Source: an uncultured Phycisphaerales bacterium (GTDB taxonomy: Bacteria; Planctomycetota; Phycisphaerae; Tepidisphaerales; Tepidisphaeraceae). Taken from it: 64,000 bases of DNA. Positions 8,916 through 18,191 of this stretch are shown piece after piece. The notes beneath the pieces were generated by a model, which was not told the DNA's origin, searched no databases, and worked only from the letters and a program-made list of their open reading frames with translations. A program made the position numbers and the translations under genes. The stretch covers positions 576,001-640,000 of the forward strand of contig CAVWLP010000003.1 of NCBI GenBank assembly GCA_963755915.1, in the 5' to 3' direction. Position 1 is the first letter of the stretch, and each line of letters opens with the position of its first letter.

Positions 8916-10346
8916 TCACAGCGCAAGCTGAAACTGGCACCGCAGCACAAACTCATTGTGCCCGCTGTCCTTCAGGATCCCCAGCGCGTCAGAGTCCGTC
9001 GGCGACCCATCCGGCAGCCACACCGCATCCACCGTGAACTTGGCATTCTGCTTATACAGGTAATAATTCGCCCCCACCGTAATCTCCTGCACCTCGCCGG
9101 TATTCAACCCCGTCGTGGAGCCCAGCGGGATGTAGGTGTAATCGTACCGCGCAAACGGCTCAATCTTCTTATCCAGCAGCCACGAAGCCTGGACGAGGAA
9201 TCCGGGATCATAATAGAACCCGGGGTTGACCCCCTGGTTGGTCTTGATGTCCCGGTACGTGCCGTAATAAGCGCCGAAGAACGAGAGCCCGCTGGGGCTG
9301 TTGAACTGGATGTCGGCCGTGTGGGCGATGAGATCATTCGCCCCCGCCTGCGTGAAATCGAATGCCCCGCCGATGATCAGGTAGTTCTCCTGGTTATTTC
9401 CCAGCGCCGTGAATCCGCTGTCATAATGCCGATACGGATCGAACTCCGCGCTCCGGCGTCCCAGCACAAGAAACTCTCCGCGCGAGCTGACGCCAAAATC
9501 ATCCGGCGTCACGCCCGATTCACCGCCGACGCCCGATCCATTTCCGCCGGAATTGAAAAACTTGGTGTTGATGCTGTTAAACCCATCGTGAAAAGCAAGC
9601 TGCGAGCGCACCAGTCCCTGATCGTACATCAGCGAAACGCCCTGCACCCGGCTCCCCTGTCCGCCGCCCAGCAGGAACTCCACCATCGAGCGATCGACGG
9701 CCATGAGGGTGCCTTCAGACACCAGCCGCTCGCGCCACACAGGATCCTTGAACTGGCCCACTTTCACCGAGAAAGGCGAATTATTCGGCAGATGGTACAC
9801 CCACCAGGCATCGAAGAGGTTGAACGCCGTCCCCTGGTCGTCCTGAAACTGGACGTAATAGTTGATCGCGCTGGTGAAATTCCCGCTGAAGATCAGACGG
9901 GCCCGGGTCACATCGAAGCCATCCTGGATGGTGTAGCCCGGCTGCGCCACTTCTCCCTCGCCGTTGGCGGGCGTTTTCTCCCGATAGCTGGCCATGTACC
10001 GAAAATCGAGCAGCACACCCGGATGGAACGTAAACTGTCCGTCCTCGCTCTGCAGAACGAATCCAACGCTGGGGTTGTAGCCGCTTTCCGTGTTGATGCT
10101 CGTCATGAACAATTCGCTGTGCTTGTCAGAGTCGGCGATGATCGCCTTATCCACAGCCGCGGAGTCCGCTTCACGAGCCTCCAGGTCGGCGACCTTCTGC
10201 TGAAGGTCCTGCACCTCCGCCTTAAGCTGGGCATTCCCATCGGAAGATGGCTGCGAAGTGGCGGCAGCGCCCCTTGCGTCAGAAAGCGCCAAACCAAAAG
10301 TCAGCACGACAGCAGCCGTGGCCGCAGTAAAAAAGCGAGGGGACAT
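8916..10346 (-). CDS. Outer-membrane porin (OprO/OprP-like)
   Basis: Signal peptide plus ATSQP, coiled coil, GFDVTRARLIFSG, VKVGQFKDP, EITVGANYY, C-terminal beta strand RCQFQLAL. Confidence 0.75.
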   Translation of the reverse strand: MSPRFFTAATAAVVLTFGLALSDARGAAATSQPSSDGNAQLKAEVQDLQQKVADLEAREADSAAVDKAIIADSDKHSELFMTSINTESGYNPSVGFVLQSEDGQFTFHPGVLLDFRYMASYREKTPANGEGEVAQPGYTIQDGFDVTRARLIFSGNFTSAINYYVQFQDDQGTAFNLFDAWWVYHLPNNSPFSVKVGQFKDPVWRERLVSEGTLMAVDRSMVEFLLGGGQGSRVQGVSLMYDQGLVRSQLAFHDGFNSINTKFFNSGGNGSGVGGESGVTPDDFGVSSRGEFLVLGRRSAEFDPYRHYDSGFTALGNNQENYLIIGGAFDFTQAGANDLIAHTADIQFNSPSGLSFFGAYYGTYRDIKTNQGVNPGFYYDPGFLVQASWLLDKKIEPFARYDYTYIPLGSTTGLNTGEVQEITVGANYYLYKQNAKFTVDAVWLPDGSPTDSDALGILKDSGHNEFVLRCQFQLAL

Positions 10347-10473
10347 TCCAGCGCTCTCCTTCCTCAATATGGGGTCAGCCGAAAACGCAAAAACAATTCC
10401 TATATAATTGATATAAAAATGTCCAGAATAATTGTCAAGTATTCCGATAGAATTAGACAGCCATCCCGATTTG

Positions 10474-12105
10474 TTACCTAAAATCCCCGCACACAGAGAC
10501 TTCCAATCCAAGCTCATCCATCGCCGCCGCCTTGGCAAAGAGCGCCTTCTGGGCGTCTTTTAACGTCGGGGCATACGCAACCTGGATGTGATTAGCCAAA
10601 TGGCGAGCCATCATCTGATCGCGGGAAACGCCATTCAGCACCGCATGCATGATGGGCCAGACCGGCGTCGTCTGGTCGAGCCGATCCTGCGTTTCCGAAT
10701 CCGGTAGCCCCACCGCCTGTCCCAACCCAATGTCCATTTTCAGCGCGTCGTCCTGAACGAAGACCCTGCTCCAGACAATGTGCCCCGGCTTGCTCACACC
10801 GGAACACGTCCCACCACCGAGCCGAAAATACATCCCCGGCTGACGATAACTCTGAACGCCCGCCCATTCGTTAACGAAATGCTTCGGCGGCGCGCCCCCA
10901 CTAATCTCAAACACCCACACATAAGCATTGAGTTCCGTATTCGCCCCCTCAGCGTCGAAGCCCGGACCGGCATAGTGCCGCCCCCACCTCAGGTCGTGCA
11001 AAGTATTCTCCGGGTCAAACCCAAGCTCACGCCAAAGCTTGTAGGTAATCAGCCCATCCAGCCCCGCGCACTCATCCACTTCGTTGAAATGTGGTAGCCC
11101 CTCCCCCGCGAACAATTCGCGCGACCCATCCGCGCTTCTCACCGGTGGTCGCTCAACATTATTCAGCGTTCCCTCAACAAGATCGCTAGCCGGCGCCAGG
11201 TCTTTGAGCCCCTGCTGATACTGAATGCCAATGGTCTGGCACCCAAAATCATCCGCGATCCGCAGGGCCGCGATGTACATCTTGCACTGCTCGATCACCT
11301 GCCGCTCGGTGAGGTCCCCCTCTTCGCTGGGCCCAAAATGAAACTTCACTCCCTTGGTTTTAAACCAGTCGTACACCCCGCGGGCTTCCTCATCCCGCAC
11401 CTGCGTCATGGCAAAGTAAAGCGCACTTTGGCTAAGCCTCTCCTTGAAAACCCCCAGCGGATTCAAGAGCGAATCGGGAATGATCGCGTTGAACATCCCC
11501 ATGCACCCTTCGTCGAAGACCCCCATGATCGCCCGCTCTTTTCGAAATCTCTCCGCGAATCCAACCCCAATTTTTTTCGCCTGCCGCGGCACCCTCACCG
11601 ATTTCAGCGAATGAACCTGTTTGGTTTTGTGCGACGCCTTGCCATCCCGCATCCAGTGTTTCAGTTTTTTCAGAAACACCGGATCGTTCTCAAAATCTTC
11701 GCTCCACAGCGTCGAATATTTGATCCCCGCCTTAGCCATCGACCCGTTGAGGTTGAGCATCCCCACCAATCCCGGCCAGGTCCCGCTCCAGTTCGCAACG
11801 GTCAAAATCGGCCCCTTATGAAACTGCAGCCCATGCAAAACATGATGCGAATATTGCCACACCGCCTCAGCAACAATCAGCGGCGCCTTCGGCGGAATAT
11901 TCCGAAAAACCTCCATCCCATATTTCTGCGAGTCGATAAAACTATGCCCCACATCTTCCCGGAACCCATGCGCCCGGTGAACCTGCCCCCCAAGCTTTTC
12001 AATGGCCGCGGCAAGTGAAGCTTCCATTTTGAGCTGCTCAGCTTCGCATTTCTGGTTGGCAGACGCCCGAAGATCGCCGGAGGCGATGAGTTGGATGGGT
12101 TTCAT
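10474..12105 (-). CDS. L-fucose/L-arabinose isomerase-like protein
   Basis: [55 protein letters not shown]. Confidence 0.7.
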   Translation of the reverse strand: MKPIQLIASGDLRASANQKCEAEQLKMEASLAAAIEKLGGQVHRAHGFREDVGHSFIDSQKYGMEVFRNIPPKAPLIVAEAVWQYSHHVLHGLQFHKGPILTVANWSGTWPGLVGMLNLNGSMAKAGIKYSTLWSEDFENDPVFLKKLKHWMRDGKASHKTKQVHSLKSVRVPRQAKKIGVGFAERFRKERAIMGVFDEGCMGMFNAIIPDSLLNPLGVFKERLSQSALYFAMTQVRDEEARGVYDWFKTKGVKFHFGPSEEGDLTERQVIEQCKMYIAALRIADDFGCQTIGIQYQQGLKDLAPASDLVEGTLNNVERPPVRSADGSRELFAGEGLPHFNEVDECAGLDGLITYKLWRELGFDPENTLHDLRWGRHYAGPGFDAEGANTELNAYVWVFEISGGAPPKHFVNEWAGVQSYRQPGMYFRLGGGTCSGVSKPGHIVWSRVFVQDDALKMDIGLGQAVGLPDSETQDRLDQTTPVWPIMHAVLNGVSRDQMMARHLANHIQVAYAPTLKDAQKALFAKAAAMDELGLEVSVCGDFR

Positions 12106-12212
12106 GATGTCAGGGAAAGCTATTGATTTTCGACGAGCAAATCAATTTGCGCGGATTAACAAGTCCGAACCGTGCAACTCCAGACACTAAACCACAACTA
12201 TGCTCCCCCGTC

Positions 12213-12244
12213 TTGTTTAGCCGCAACCCCGCAGGGGTGCGCGT
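12213..12244 (+). repeat. REP-A variant copy
   Basis: TTGTTTAGCCGCAACCCCGCAGGGGTGCGCGT. Confidence 0.85.
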
Positions 12245-12250
12245 TTAGTT

Positions 12251-12369
12251 TCCATTGCCCCAGCGTTTGCAGATTCCTTCGAACTTCAACAATCTCACCC
12301 CAAAAATCTCCGGATTTCCCAAAAATAGGTACAAAACGTACACCTTTTGGACCTGTATATAGACGCGTA
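12251..12369 (+). promoter_or_regulatory. Conserved ~120-bp upstream element (copy 1), possible alternative-sigma promoter
   Basis: Shares TCCATTGCCCC, CAGATTC, CCGGATTT, CAAAAATAGGTACAAAACGT, CACCT and GGACCTGTATATAGA with 36961-37075 (- strand). Confidence 0.6.
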
Positions 12370-12432
12370 CTATTTTTCCCTGCGCCCGACACGCGCTAAA
12401 ATACGAACCCGCAATCCCCCGCGCTTGTCCGT

Positions 12433-12478
12433 GTAGCCGGCGAGCTTGCTCGCCGTGAGCCTGTCGAACGGCTCGCCG
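12433..12478 (+). repeat. GTAG-type REP hairpin with a nested second repeat
   Basis: GTAGCC-GGCGAGC-TT-GCTCGCC followed by TGAGCCTGTCGAACG, which is flanked by a direct repeat of GCTCGCCG (12448-12455 and 12471-12478). Confidence 0.7.
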
Positions 12479-12493
12479 ATCCCAGGAGTTACC

Positions 12494-12778
12494 ATGACCC
12501 CCGAGCCCGCACCCCACTACCCGGCCTTAAGCGCCCACCAATCGCGGGTAAGACCAGGTAACACCGCCCCAAAAGTGAGATATTTTGGGAAATGTGGGAA
12601 CCACCCGCTCCTTCAACCTCACCCAACTCCAACTGCTCGCCATCGCCCTCGCGCGCCTTATCCCCCGCCCCCGGTACTCCGGGGGAGGGTTGGGGAGGGG
12701 GCCGACCTGCAAAGGATCGCCCGATGCAAGAAACCCCCAAAAGTGAGAAATTGTGGGAACTACCCCCTTCTCGTTTAG
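12494..12778 (+). CDS. Small repeat-laden hypothetical ORF
   Basis: AGGAG RBS upstream of ATG; repeated PKVRxxxxCGNxP peptide; contains a REP-C hairpin. Confidence 0.35.
   Translation: MTPEPAPHYPALSAHQSRVRPGNTAPKVRYFGKCGNHPLLQPHPTPTARHRPRAPYPPPPVLRGRVGEGADLQRIARCKKPPKVRNCGNYPLLV
12662..12701 (-). repeat. REP-C (CCCTCCCC-type) hairpin
   Basis: CCCCCGCCCCCGGTACTCCGGGGGAGGGTTGGGGAGGGGG, nearly identical to 19131-19170. Confidence 0.85.
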
Positions 12779-12802
12779 CCGCAACCCCGCAGGGGTGCGC
12801 GT
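12773..12802 (+). repeat. REP-A variant copy
   Basis: GTTTAGCCGCAACCCCGCAGGGGTGCGCGT, identical to 12215-12244. Confidence 0.85.
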
Positions 12803-12811
12803 CGCTTTGTT

Positions 12812-14413
12812 TCAATGCGCCGCGACCAACTCCCCCCCATGTCCCGGCCGCCGCATAAAAATCATCAGCGGAATCACCAGGAGTGTCAGTACCCCAAACA
12901 GTCGGAACATATCCAGATAAGAAAGGATCGCCGCCTGCTGCTGCACGAGCCCGTAGATCGTCGCCAGCGCCGCCCGCCCATTGGTCGGGTCGCCGGGGCC
13001 GAAGATTCCCGCCGCTTGTTTCATCAGCGCAGTCGCCATCGGATTCAAAATATTAATGTGGCCAACGAGATTCACCTGATGGGTCTGGATCCGCCGCGCA
13101 AGCATCGTAGAGACGCTGGCAACCCCAATGCTCGCCGCTTCGTTTCGCACCAGCGAGAAAAGACCCGACGCATTGTTCGTTTCCGACTTGGGGATAAACC
13201 GGTAAGCCACCGTATTGATCGGCACGAACATCATCCCCGCCCCCAGCACCTGCACAATTCGCGGCCAGATGACGTCTTTCTCGGAGACGAGCAGATCGAG
13301 CCGCGACATCATAAAAGCCGCGATGGCCGCGATGAATAGTCCGAACGCGATCATTCGCCGCGGGTCAAACCCGCGCGAAAGCAGAATGCCGATGATCGGC
13401 ATCTCCGCCATGGTCACCAGCCCCGCCGGCGAAAGCACCAACCCCGCCTGCGTCGCCGAATATCCCATCAGCGTCTGCATCATCTGCGGCAGCAGCACCG
13501 TGCTCGCGTAAAGCGTCGCGTAAATAAAAAATATCACCAGGCAACTCAGCATGAAATTCCGCTCGCCAAAAAGGCGCAGATTCACGATCGGCGCAGGATG
13601 GAGCATCTCCCACACCACCGCGCCAATCAGCGCAAAGCCCGCGATCGCTGCCAGGACGATGATAAAATTTGACCCGAACCAGTCCGATTCCTGCCCCTTG
13701 TCCAAAACCACTTCCAGCGACGCCAGGCCCAGCGCGATCAGCGAAAGCCCCACGAAATCGACCCGAATCGGTTTCCCTTTTTTCGCCGCCCGCTGCGCGA
13801 TCATGTAAGGCGGATCGCGAAGAACGATTTGCGTCAGAATCAGCGAGATGATCCCGACGGGAAGATTGATGTAGAAAATCCACCGCCAGGAATAGTTGTC
13901 GGTGATCCATCCGCCCAGCGTGGGACCCAGCACCGGGGCAACAAGGACGGCCATCCCATACACGGCCATCGCCATCCCGCGCTTCGCCGCCGGAAACGTG
14001 TCCAGAAGGATCGCCTGCACCGAAGGCTGCAGCCCCCCACCGCCGATCCCTTGCAGGATGCGAAAGAAAATCAGCATCGGCAGGCTCGTCGCCAAACCGC
14101 ACAGAACCGAACTGACCGTGAAAATGGCCACGCAAGTCATGTTGAACCGCTTGCGCCCCATCAGCGTCGTCAGCCACCCCGAAAGCGGAAGAATCACCGC
14201 ATTGGAAACCAGGTAGCTGGTCAGCACCCACGTCGCCTCGTCATAGGTGGCCGCCATCGAGCCGGCAATATGCGGCAGCGAAAGATTCGCAATGCTCGTG
14301 TCCAGCACCTCCATAAATGTCGAGACGGTGACCGTCAGCGCCACCACCCAGGGATTAAATTCGTGGGTGTCGCGATCGATGTTGAGCGAAATTGCCCCGG
14401 CGGATGCGCTCAT
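12812..14413 (-). CDS. emrB: DHA2-family MFS efflux permease (EmrB-like)
   Basis: FMEVLDTSIAN, WVLTSYLVSNA, LGPTLGGWITDNYSWRWIFYINLPVG, LDKGQESDWF. In-frame with the upstream adaptor in this sequence. Confidence 0.85.
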   Translation of the reverse strand: MSASAGAISLNIDRDTHEFNPWVVALTVTVSTFMEVLDTSIANLSLPHIAGSMAATYDEATWVLTSYLVSNAVILPLSGWLTTLMGRKRFNMTCVAIFTVSSVLCGLATSLPMLIFFRILQGIGGGGLQPSVQAILLDTFPAAKRGMAMAVYGMAVLVAPVLGPTLGGWITDNYSWRWIFYINLPVGIISLILTQIVLRDPPYMIAQRAAKKGKPIRVDFVGLSLIALGLASLEVVLDKGQESDWFGSNFIIVLAAIAGFALIGAVVWEMLHPAPIVNLRLFGERNFMLSCLVIFFIYATLYASTVLLPQMMQTLMGYSATQAGLVLSPAGLVTMAEMPIIGILLSRGFDPRRMIAFGLFIAAIAAFMMSRLDLLVSEKDVIWPRIVQVLGAGMMFVPINTVAYRFIPKSETNNASGLFSLVRNEAASIGVASVSTMLARRIQTHQVNLVGHINILNPMATALMKQAAGIFGPGDPTNGRAALATIYGLVQQQAAILSYLDMFRLFGVLTLLVIPLMIFMRRPGHGGELVAAH

Positions 14414-15991
14414 TGCGGATTGGAGTTTTGCGCTCTGCAACCGTTGCCCGGCATCGGAACCTTCGGGCGCCGTGCGGATGTCGATGTACGGCGTGACGGA
14501 AAGGCCCGCGAAAAGAGGAGTGTCCGTCGGATTGGGTTCAGTCAGATCGATGCGAACCGGCAGACGCTGCACGACCTTCACGAAATTTCCGGTGGCGTTT
14601 TCGGGCGGTAGAAGCGACAGAACCGCCCCCGTGCCCGGGCTGAAGCCGGAGACGCGGCCGTGGAAAACCTTGTCGCCATACGCGTCGACATAGATATCCA
14701 CCTTCTGCCCGATCCGAATGTCCGAAAGCTGCGTCTCCTTGAAGTTGGCGTCGATCCACACATCCGACAGCGGCCGAATCGCCAGCAGCGGCTGCCCAAC
14801 CGACACGAACGCACCGGGGTTAACATTCCGCCGGCTGATAAACCCCGCGAGCGGAGCACGAATGTCGGTGTATCCAAAATCAAGCTTCGCCTGATCGAGC
14901 GCCTTCTGCGCCGCGACAATCGCCGGCTGGTTTTCCGGGTGCACGCGATCGAATTTATTGCCACCCAGCGCCGCCTGCGCCGAAGCAACCTGCGCTTCCG
15001 CCGCTCTCACCGATGGCGAGTTCTCGACCACCGCCTCGATGTTGAGCTCATGAAGCTGCGATTTCATCTCCTCCAGCCGCGGCGCCGTCATCGACTCAAA
15101 ATCCAGCCCAAGCTGCGCGAATTGCCCAAGGAAAGTCGAGATCGCGTATTGCGTGCCGTTAAAGTCTTGCGCCACGTTGTCAGGAACCACCCCCGGATTA
15201 ACCTCATCCGGCGGCAGACTCAGCAGCGCCCGACTTTGCTGCACCGTCGCATCCGCCGATGCAACCTGTGCCTCGGCAATCGCCAGATTAGACCGCCGCT
15301 GGTCAATCTCTTCCTGGCTGATGCTCTGCGTACCAAGGTGAATCGCCCGGTTATACAAATCCTGCGCCAGCTTGAGGCTCGCCTGCTGCTGCCGAAGGTT
15401 GGCCACGTTCGATTGCAGCGCCGCGGTCTCATATTTCACAAAGTCCTGCACCGTCGCCACGAGATAAGCCGCCCCGCGCAAATCAGCCACCTTAGAACGC
15501 ACTTCGGCGCGAGTGTTCTGAAGCTGCGCATCGGCCAGATCCAGCGCCGCGATCCGCTGCGCCACGGTGAGCTTCGCCTGATCCAGCTCTGCTTGCCGCT
15601 GATCGACCGCGAGCTGATACGGCTCATGATCGATTTCGATCATCGGCTGCCCCGCCTGGACAAACTGGTTGTCGTCCACCAGCACATTTTCCGCCACTCC
15701 CGCCACGCGCGGGCTGATGTACGTAACGTGACTATTGACCTCCGCGTCGTCCGTAGAGGCATGATTCCAGGCGTAAATCGCCGGCGGCACGCCAAACACC
15801 AACGCCAAAATCGCCGCAACCGCGAGCAGCGCGATCGCCACCCATCGCCGCCGGATCTTTTTCCGCTCCATCCCCGGCGGATGCGACGGCATCACGCTCT
15901 CCGGTGCCGATGGCGTCACGTACGTCTCGGCAGCGTCGTTCTCCGAGAGAGGCATCGGGGATTCAACAACTGTTGTTTCTTCAGTGGCCAT
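14410..15991 (-). CDS. emrA: HlyD/EmrA-family periplasmic adaptor
   Basis: STDDAEV, ISPRVAG, ANFKETQL, LLPPENATGNFVKVVQRLPVRI. Confidence 0.85.
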
Positions 15992-16658
15992 TGTGGTTTC
16001 CGTTGGTACTTCTCTGCCGACTGCGGGCACGCTCTTTCTCGCTCAGGATCCCGTTGAAAAAGATATCGAGAATATCCCGCGCCTGGGCCGCATAAGGCTT
16101 CTGCCGCCCAACAAAATGGTTCGTGAACATCGTCCCGTACATAAGATCGCCCCAGAAATCGATCACCCGCTCGATCGGCAAATTCCGAATTCGCCGCTGC
16201 GCCATCAGCCGGGCCAGCCGCTCTCGCCACAGCGCCCGGCGAGCGTCTTTCTGCTGGAAATAAACCGGAACGTGCTTTTCCCGAAATTCGGCACGCTCCT
16301 GGATGAAGAGCTCAACCAGCTGCGGATTCTTTTTGAAAAATCGCAAATAGGCGACCGCGGTCGCCCGGATTTCCTCCAGCGTATCCGTGATCCCCACCCG
16401 CGAGGCATCGATCTCCTCCTTCAGCCGACCAATCCCCTCCTCCACCGCCCCCAGAAAAAGCTTTTCCTTGCTCGGGTAATACCGGTAGATCGTCCCCTTG
16501 CTGATCCCCAGCGCATCGGCGATCCACTGCACGTCCGTATCGGTGAAGCCGTGCTTCGCGAAAAGCGAAGCCGCCTCTTTCAGAATCGCCGAACAGCGCC
16601 GCTCACGCAGCGCTTCATCAGGCGGACGACCCGGATTTCTTTTCAAAATCGTGCCCAT
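15981..16658 (-). CDS. TetR/AcrR-family regulator
   Basis: ILKEAASLFAKHGFTDTDVQWIADALGISKGTIYRYYPSKEKLF helix-turn-helix. Confidence 0.9.
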   Translation of the reverse strand: MGTILKRNPGRPPDEALRERRCSAILKEAASLFAKHGFTDTDVQWIADALGISKGTIYRYYPSKEKLFLGAVEEGIGRLKEEIDASRVGITDTLEEIRATAVAYLRFFKKNPQLVELFIQERAEFREKHVPVYFQQKDARRALWRERLARLMAQRRIRNLPIERVIDFWGDLMYGTMFTNHFVGRQKPYAAQARDILDIFFNGILSEKERARSRQRSTNGNHNGH

Positions 16659-16670
16659 ATCATTTAATTA

Positions 16671-16718
16671 ACTGACGCGTCAGTCATATATTTATTTATC
16701 GGTTCTGGGGCTTGTCAA
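16671..16718 (-). promoter_or_regulatory. Sigma70-like promoter with TetR operator palindrome
   Basis: On the - strand, TTGACA (16713-16718)-N17-ATAAAT. Perfect palindrome ACTGACGCGTCAGT at 16671-16684 just upstream of the tetR start. Confidence 0.7.
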
Positions 16719-16811
16719 GTTAAATCCAGGCTTGGCCTGTCTGAGTGGCCTTTCTTAGCTGCTAAAGCGGGTTTCTATCATTATCCGGTCGTTGCGATAC
16801 ACTTCAAATCC

Positions 16812-17579
16812 ATGAGCGATGTCTGGGACGACTCCCTGCTAACCAACCCCCACGCCGTCTCCGACAAACGCCGCCGCGTGCAGAAAATGTTCGCGGCCAT
16901 CGCCCCCAGTTACGACCTGAACAACCGCCTCCACAGCTTCTGGATGGACCAGACTTGGCGCCGCCGCGCCGTAAAGCTCGCCGCCCTCAATCCCGGCGAT
17001 CGCGTCGTCGACGTCGCCTGCGGAACCGGCGATCTAACCCTCGCCTTTTTCGACGGATTCGCCGGCGCCCACCTCGATCCGGGAACCTTGATCGGAATCG
17101 ACTTCACCCACGAAATGCTCCCCATCGCCGCGGAAAAATGGCGCCGCAAAAACGGCGGCGGAACAACCGTCTGCTTCCTCGGCGGCGACGCCCAATCCCT
17201 CCCCCTCCCCGACGCCTGCTGCGACGTGGTGTCCATCGCCTTCGGAATCCGCAACGTCGTCGATCCCTCCGCCGCCATGCGGGAATTCTTCCGCGTCCTC
17301 AAACCCGGCGGCCGCGCCATAATCCTCGAGTTCGCCATCCCCACCAATCCCCTCTTTCGAACCATCTACAACTTCTATTTCAAGCAGATTCTCCCCCGAA
17401 CCGCAACCCTGATCAGCGGCGACAAAACCGGCGCTTATAAATATCTCCCCACCAGCGTCCGCACGTTTATCGATCGCGAAACAATGGTCGGCATGATGCG
17501 CCAAAGCGGCTTCAGCGAGGTTACCCAATTCCCCTTCACGATGGGCATCTGCATCTGTTATCGCGGCATAAAAGTGTAG
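16812..17579 (+). CDS. menG: Demethylmenaquinone methyltransferase (UbiE/MenG)
   Basis: MFAAIAPSYDLNN, VVDVACGTGD, SIAFGIRNV, RVLKPGG, AYKYLP. Confidence 0.9.
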   Translation: MSDVWDDSLLTNPHAVSDKRRRVQKMFAAIAPSYDLNNRLHSFWMDQTWRRRAVKLAALNPGDRVVDVACGTGDLTLAFFDGFAGAHLDPGTLIGIDFTHEMLPIAAEKWRRKNGGGTTVCFLGGDAQSLPLPDACCDVVSIAFGIRNVVDPSAAMREFFRVLKPGGRAIILEFAIPTNPLFRTIYNFYFKQILPRTATLISGDKTGAYKYLPTSVRTFIDRETMVGMMRQSGFSEVTQFPFTMGICICYRGIKV

Positions 17580-17609
17580 CGAGCCCCTGTTTCGCGTATC
17601 ATTTACCCC

Positions 17610-18191
17610 ATGGAAATTGTCGTCGCCATCACCGGCGCCAGCGGCGCGCAATATGCCCAGCGCTTCATCCAGGGCCTCGTCGCCGCCGGCGTCAACGTAC
17701 ACCTGGTCGTCTCCCCGCTGGGCCGACGCCTTTTGCACGATGAGCTAGGAATGGAAACCCCAGACCCCGCCGCGCTCGCAGGCGCCGCGCAACATTCAAT
17801 CACCCTCTACAACTACAACGACGTCGGCAGCAAGCTCGCCAGCGGCAGTTTCCTGCACAACGGCATGGTAATCGTCCCCTGCAGCAGCAACACCCTCGCC
17901 GAAGTGGCCCACGGAATCGGCGACAATCTGATTTCCCGCGCCGCCGCCGTAACCCTCAAAGAGCGCCGCCGCCTCGTCATCGCCCATCGCGAGATGCCCC
18001 TTTCCCCCATCGACGTGAACAATTACAAAATCCTCACCGACGCCGGCGCAATCATCGCCCCCGCCAACCCGGGTTTTTATCTTAACCCCACCAGCGTAGG
18101 CGATCTCGTCGATTTCGTGGCCGGAAAACTGCTCGACCTCATGGGCGTCCCCCACGCCCTGGAAACCCGCTGGGACCCGAAGAAGCCGTGA
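17610..18191 (+). CDS. ubiX: Flavin prenyltransferase UbiX
   Basis: VAITGASGA, ASGS, PCSSNTL, RAAAVTLKERRRL, REMPLS, PGFY. Confidence 0.92.
   Translation: MEIVVAITGASGAQYAQRFIQGLVAAGVNVHLVVSPLGRRLLHDELGMETPDPAALAGAAQHSITLYNYNDVGSKLASGSFLHNGMVIVPCSSNTLAEVAHGIGDNLISRAAAVTLKERRRLVIAHREMPLSPIDVNNYKILTDAGAIIAPANPGFYLNPTSVGDLVDFVAGKLLDLMGVPHALETRWDPKKP

Noticed and set aside
10148-10156. DnaA box TTATCCACA as evidence of oriC
   Set aside because: A single copy inside the porin coding sequence, with no cluster and no dnaA.
12213-12802. CRISPR array
   Set aside because: The repeats are heterogeneous and irregularly spaced, with no constant repeat-spacer period and no cas genes.
4470-16057. Long antisense ORFs (4470-5762, 8958-10481, 14660-16057 and similar ones elsewhere)
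   Set aside because: Shadow frames of real genes in high-GC DNA, with no recognisable motifs.
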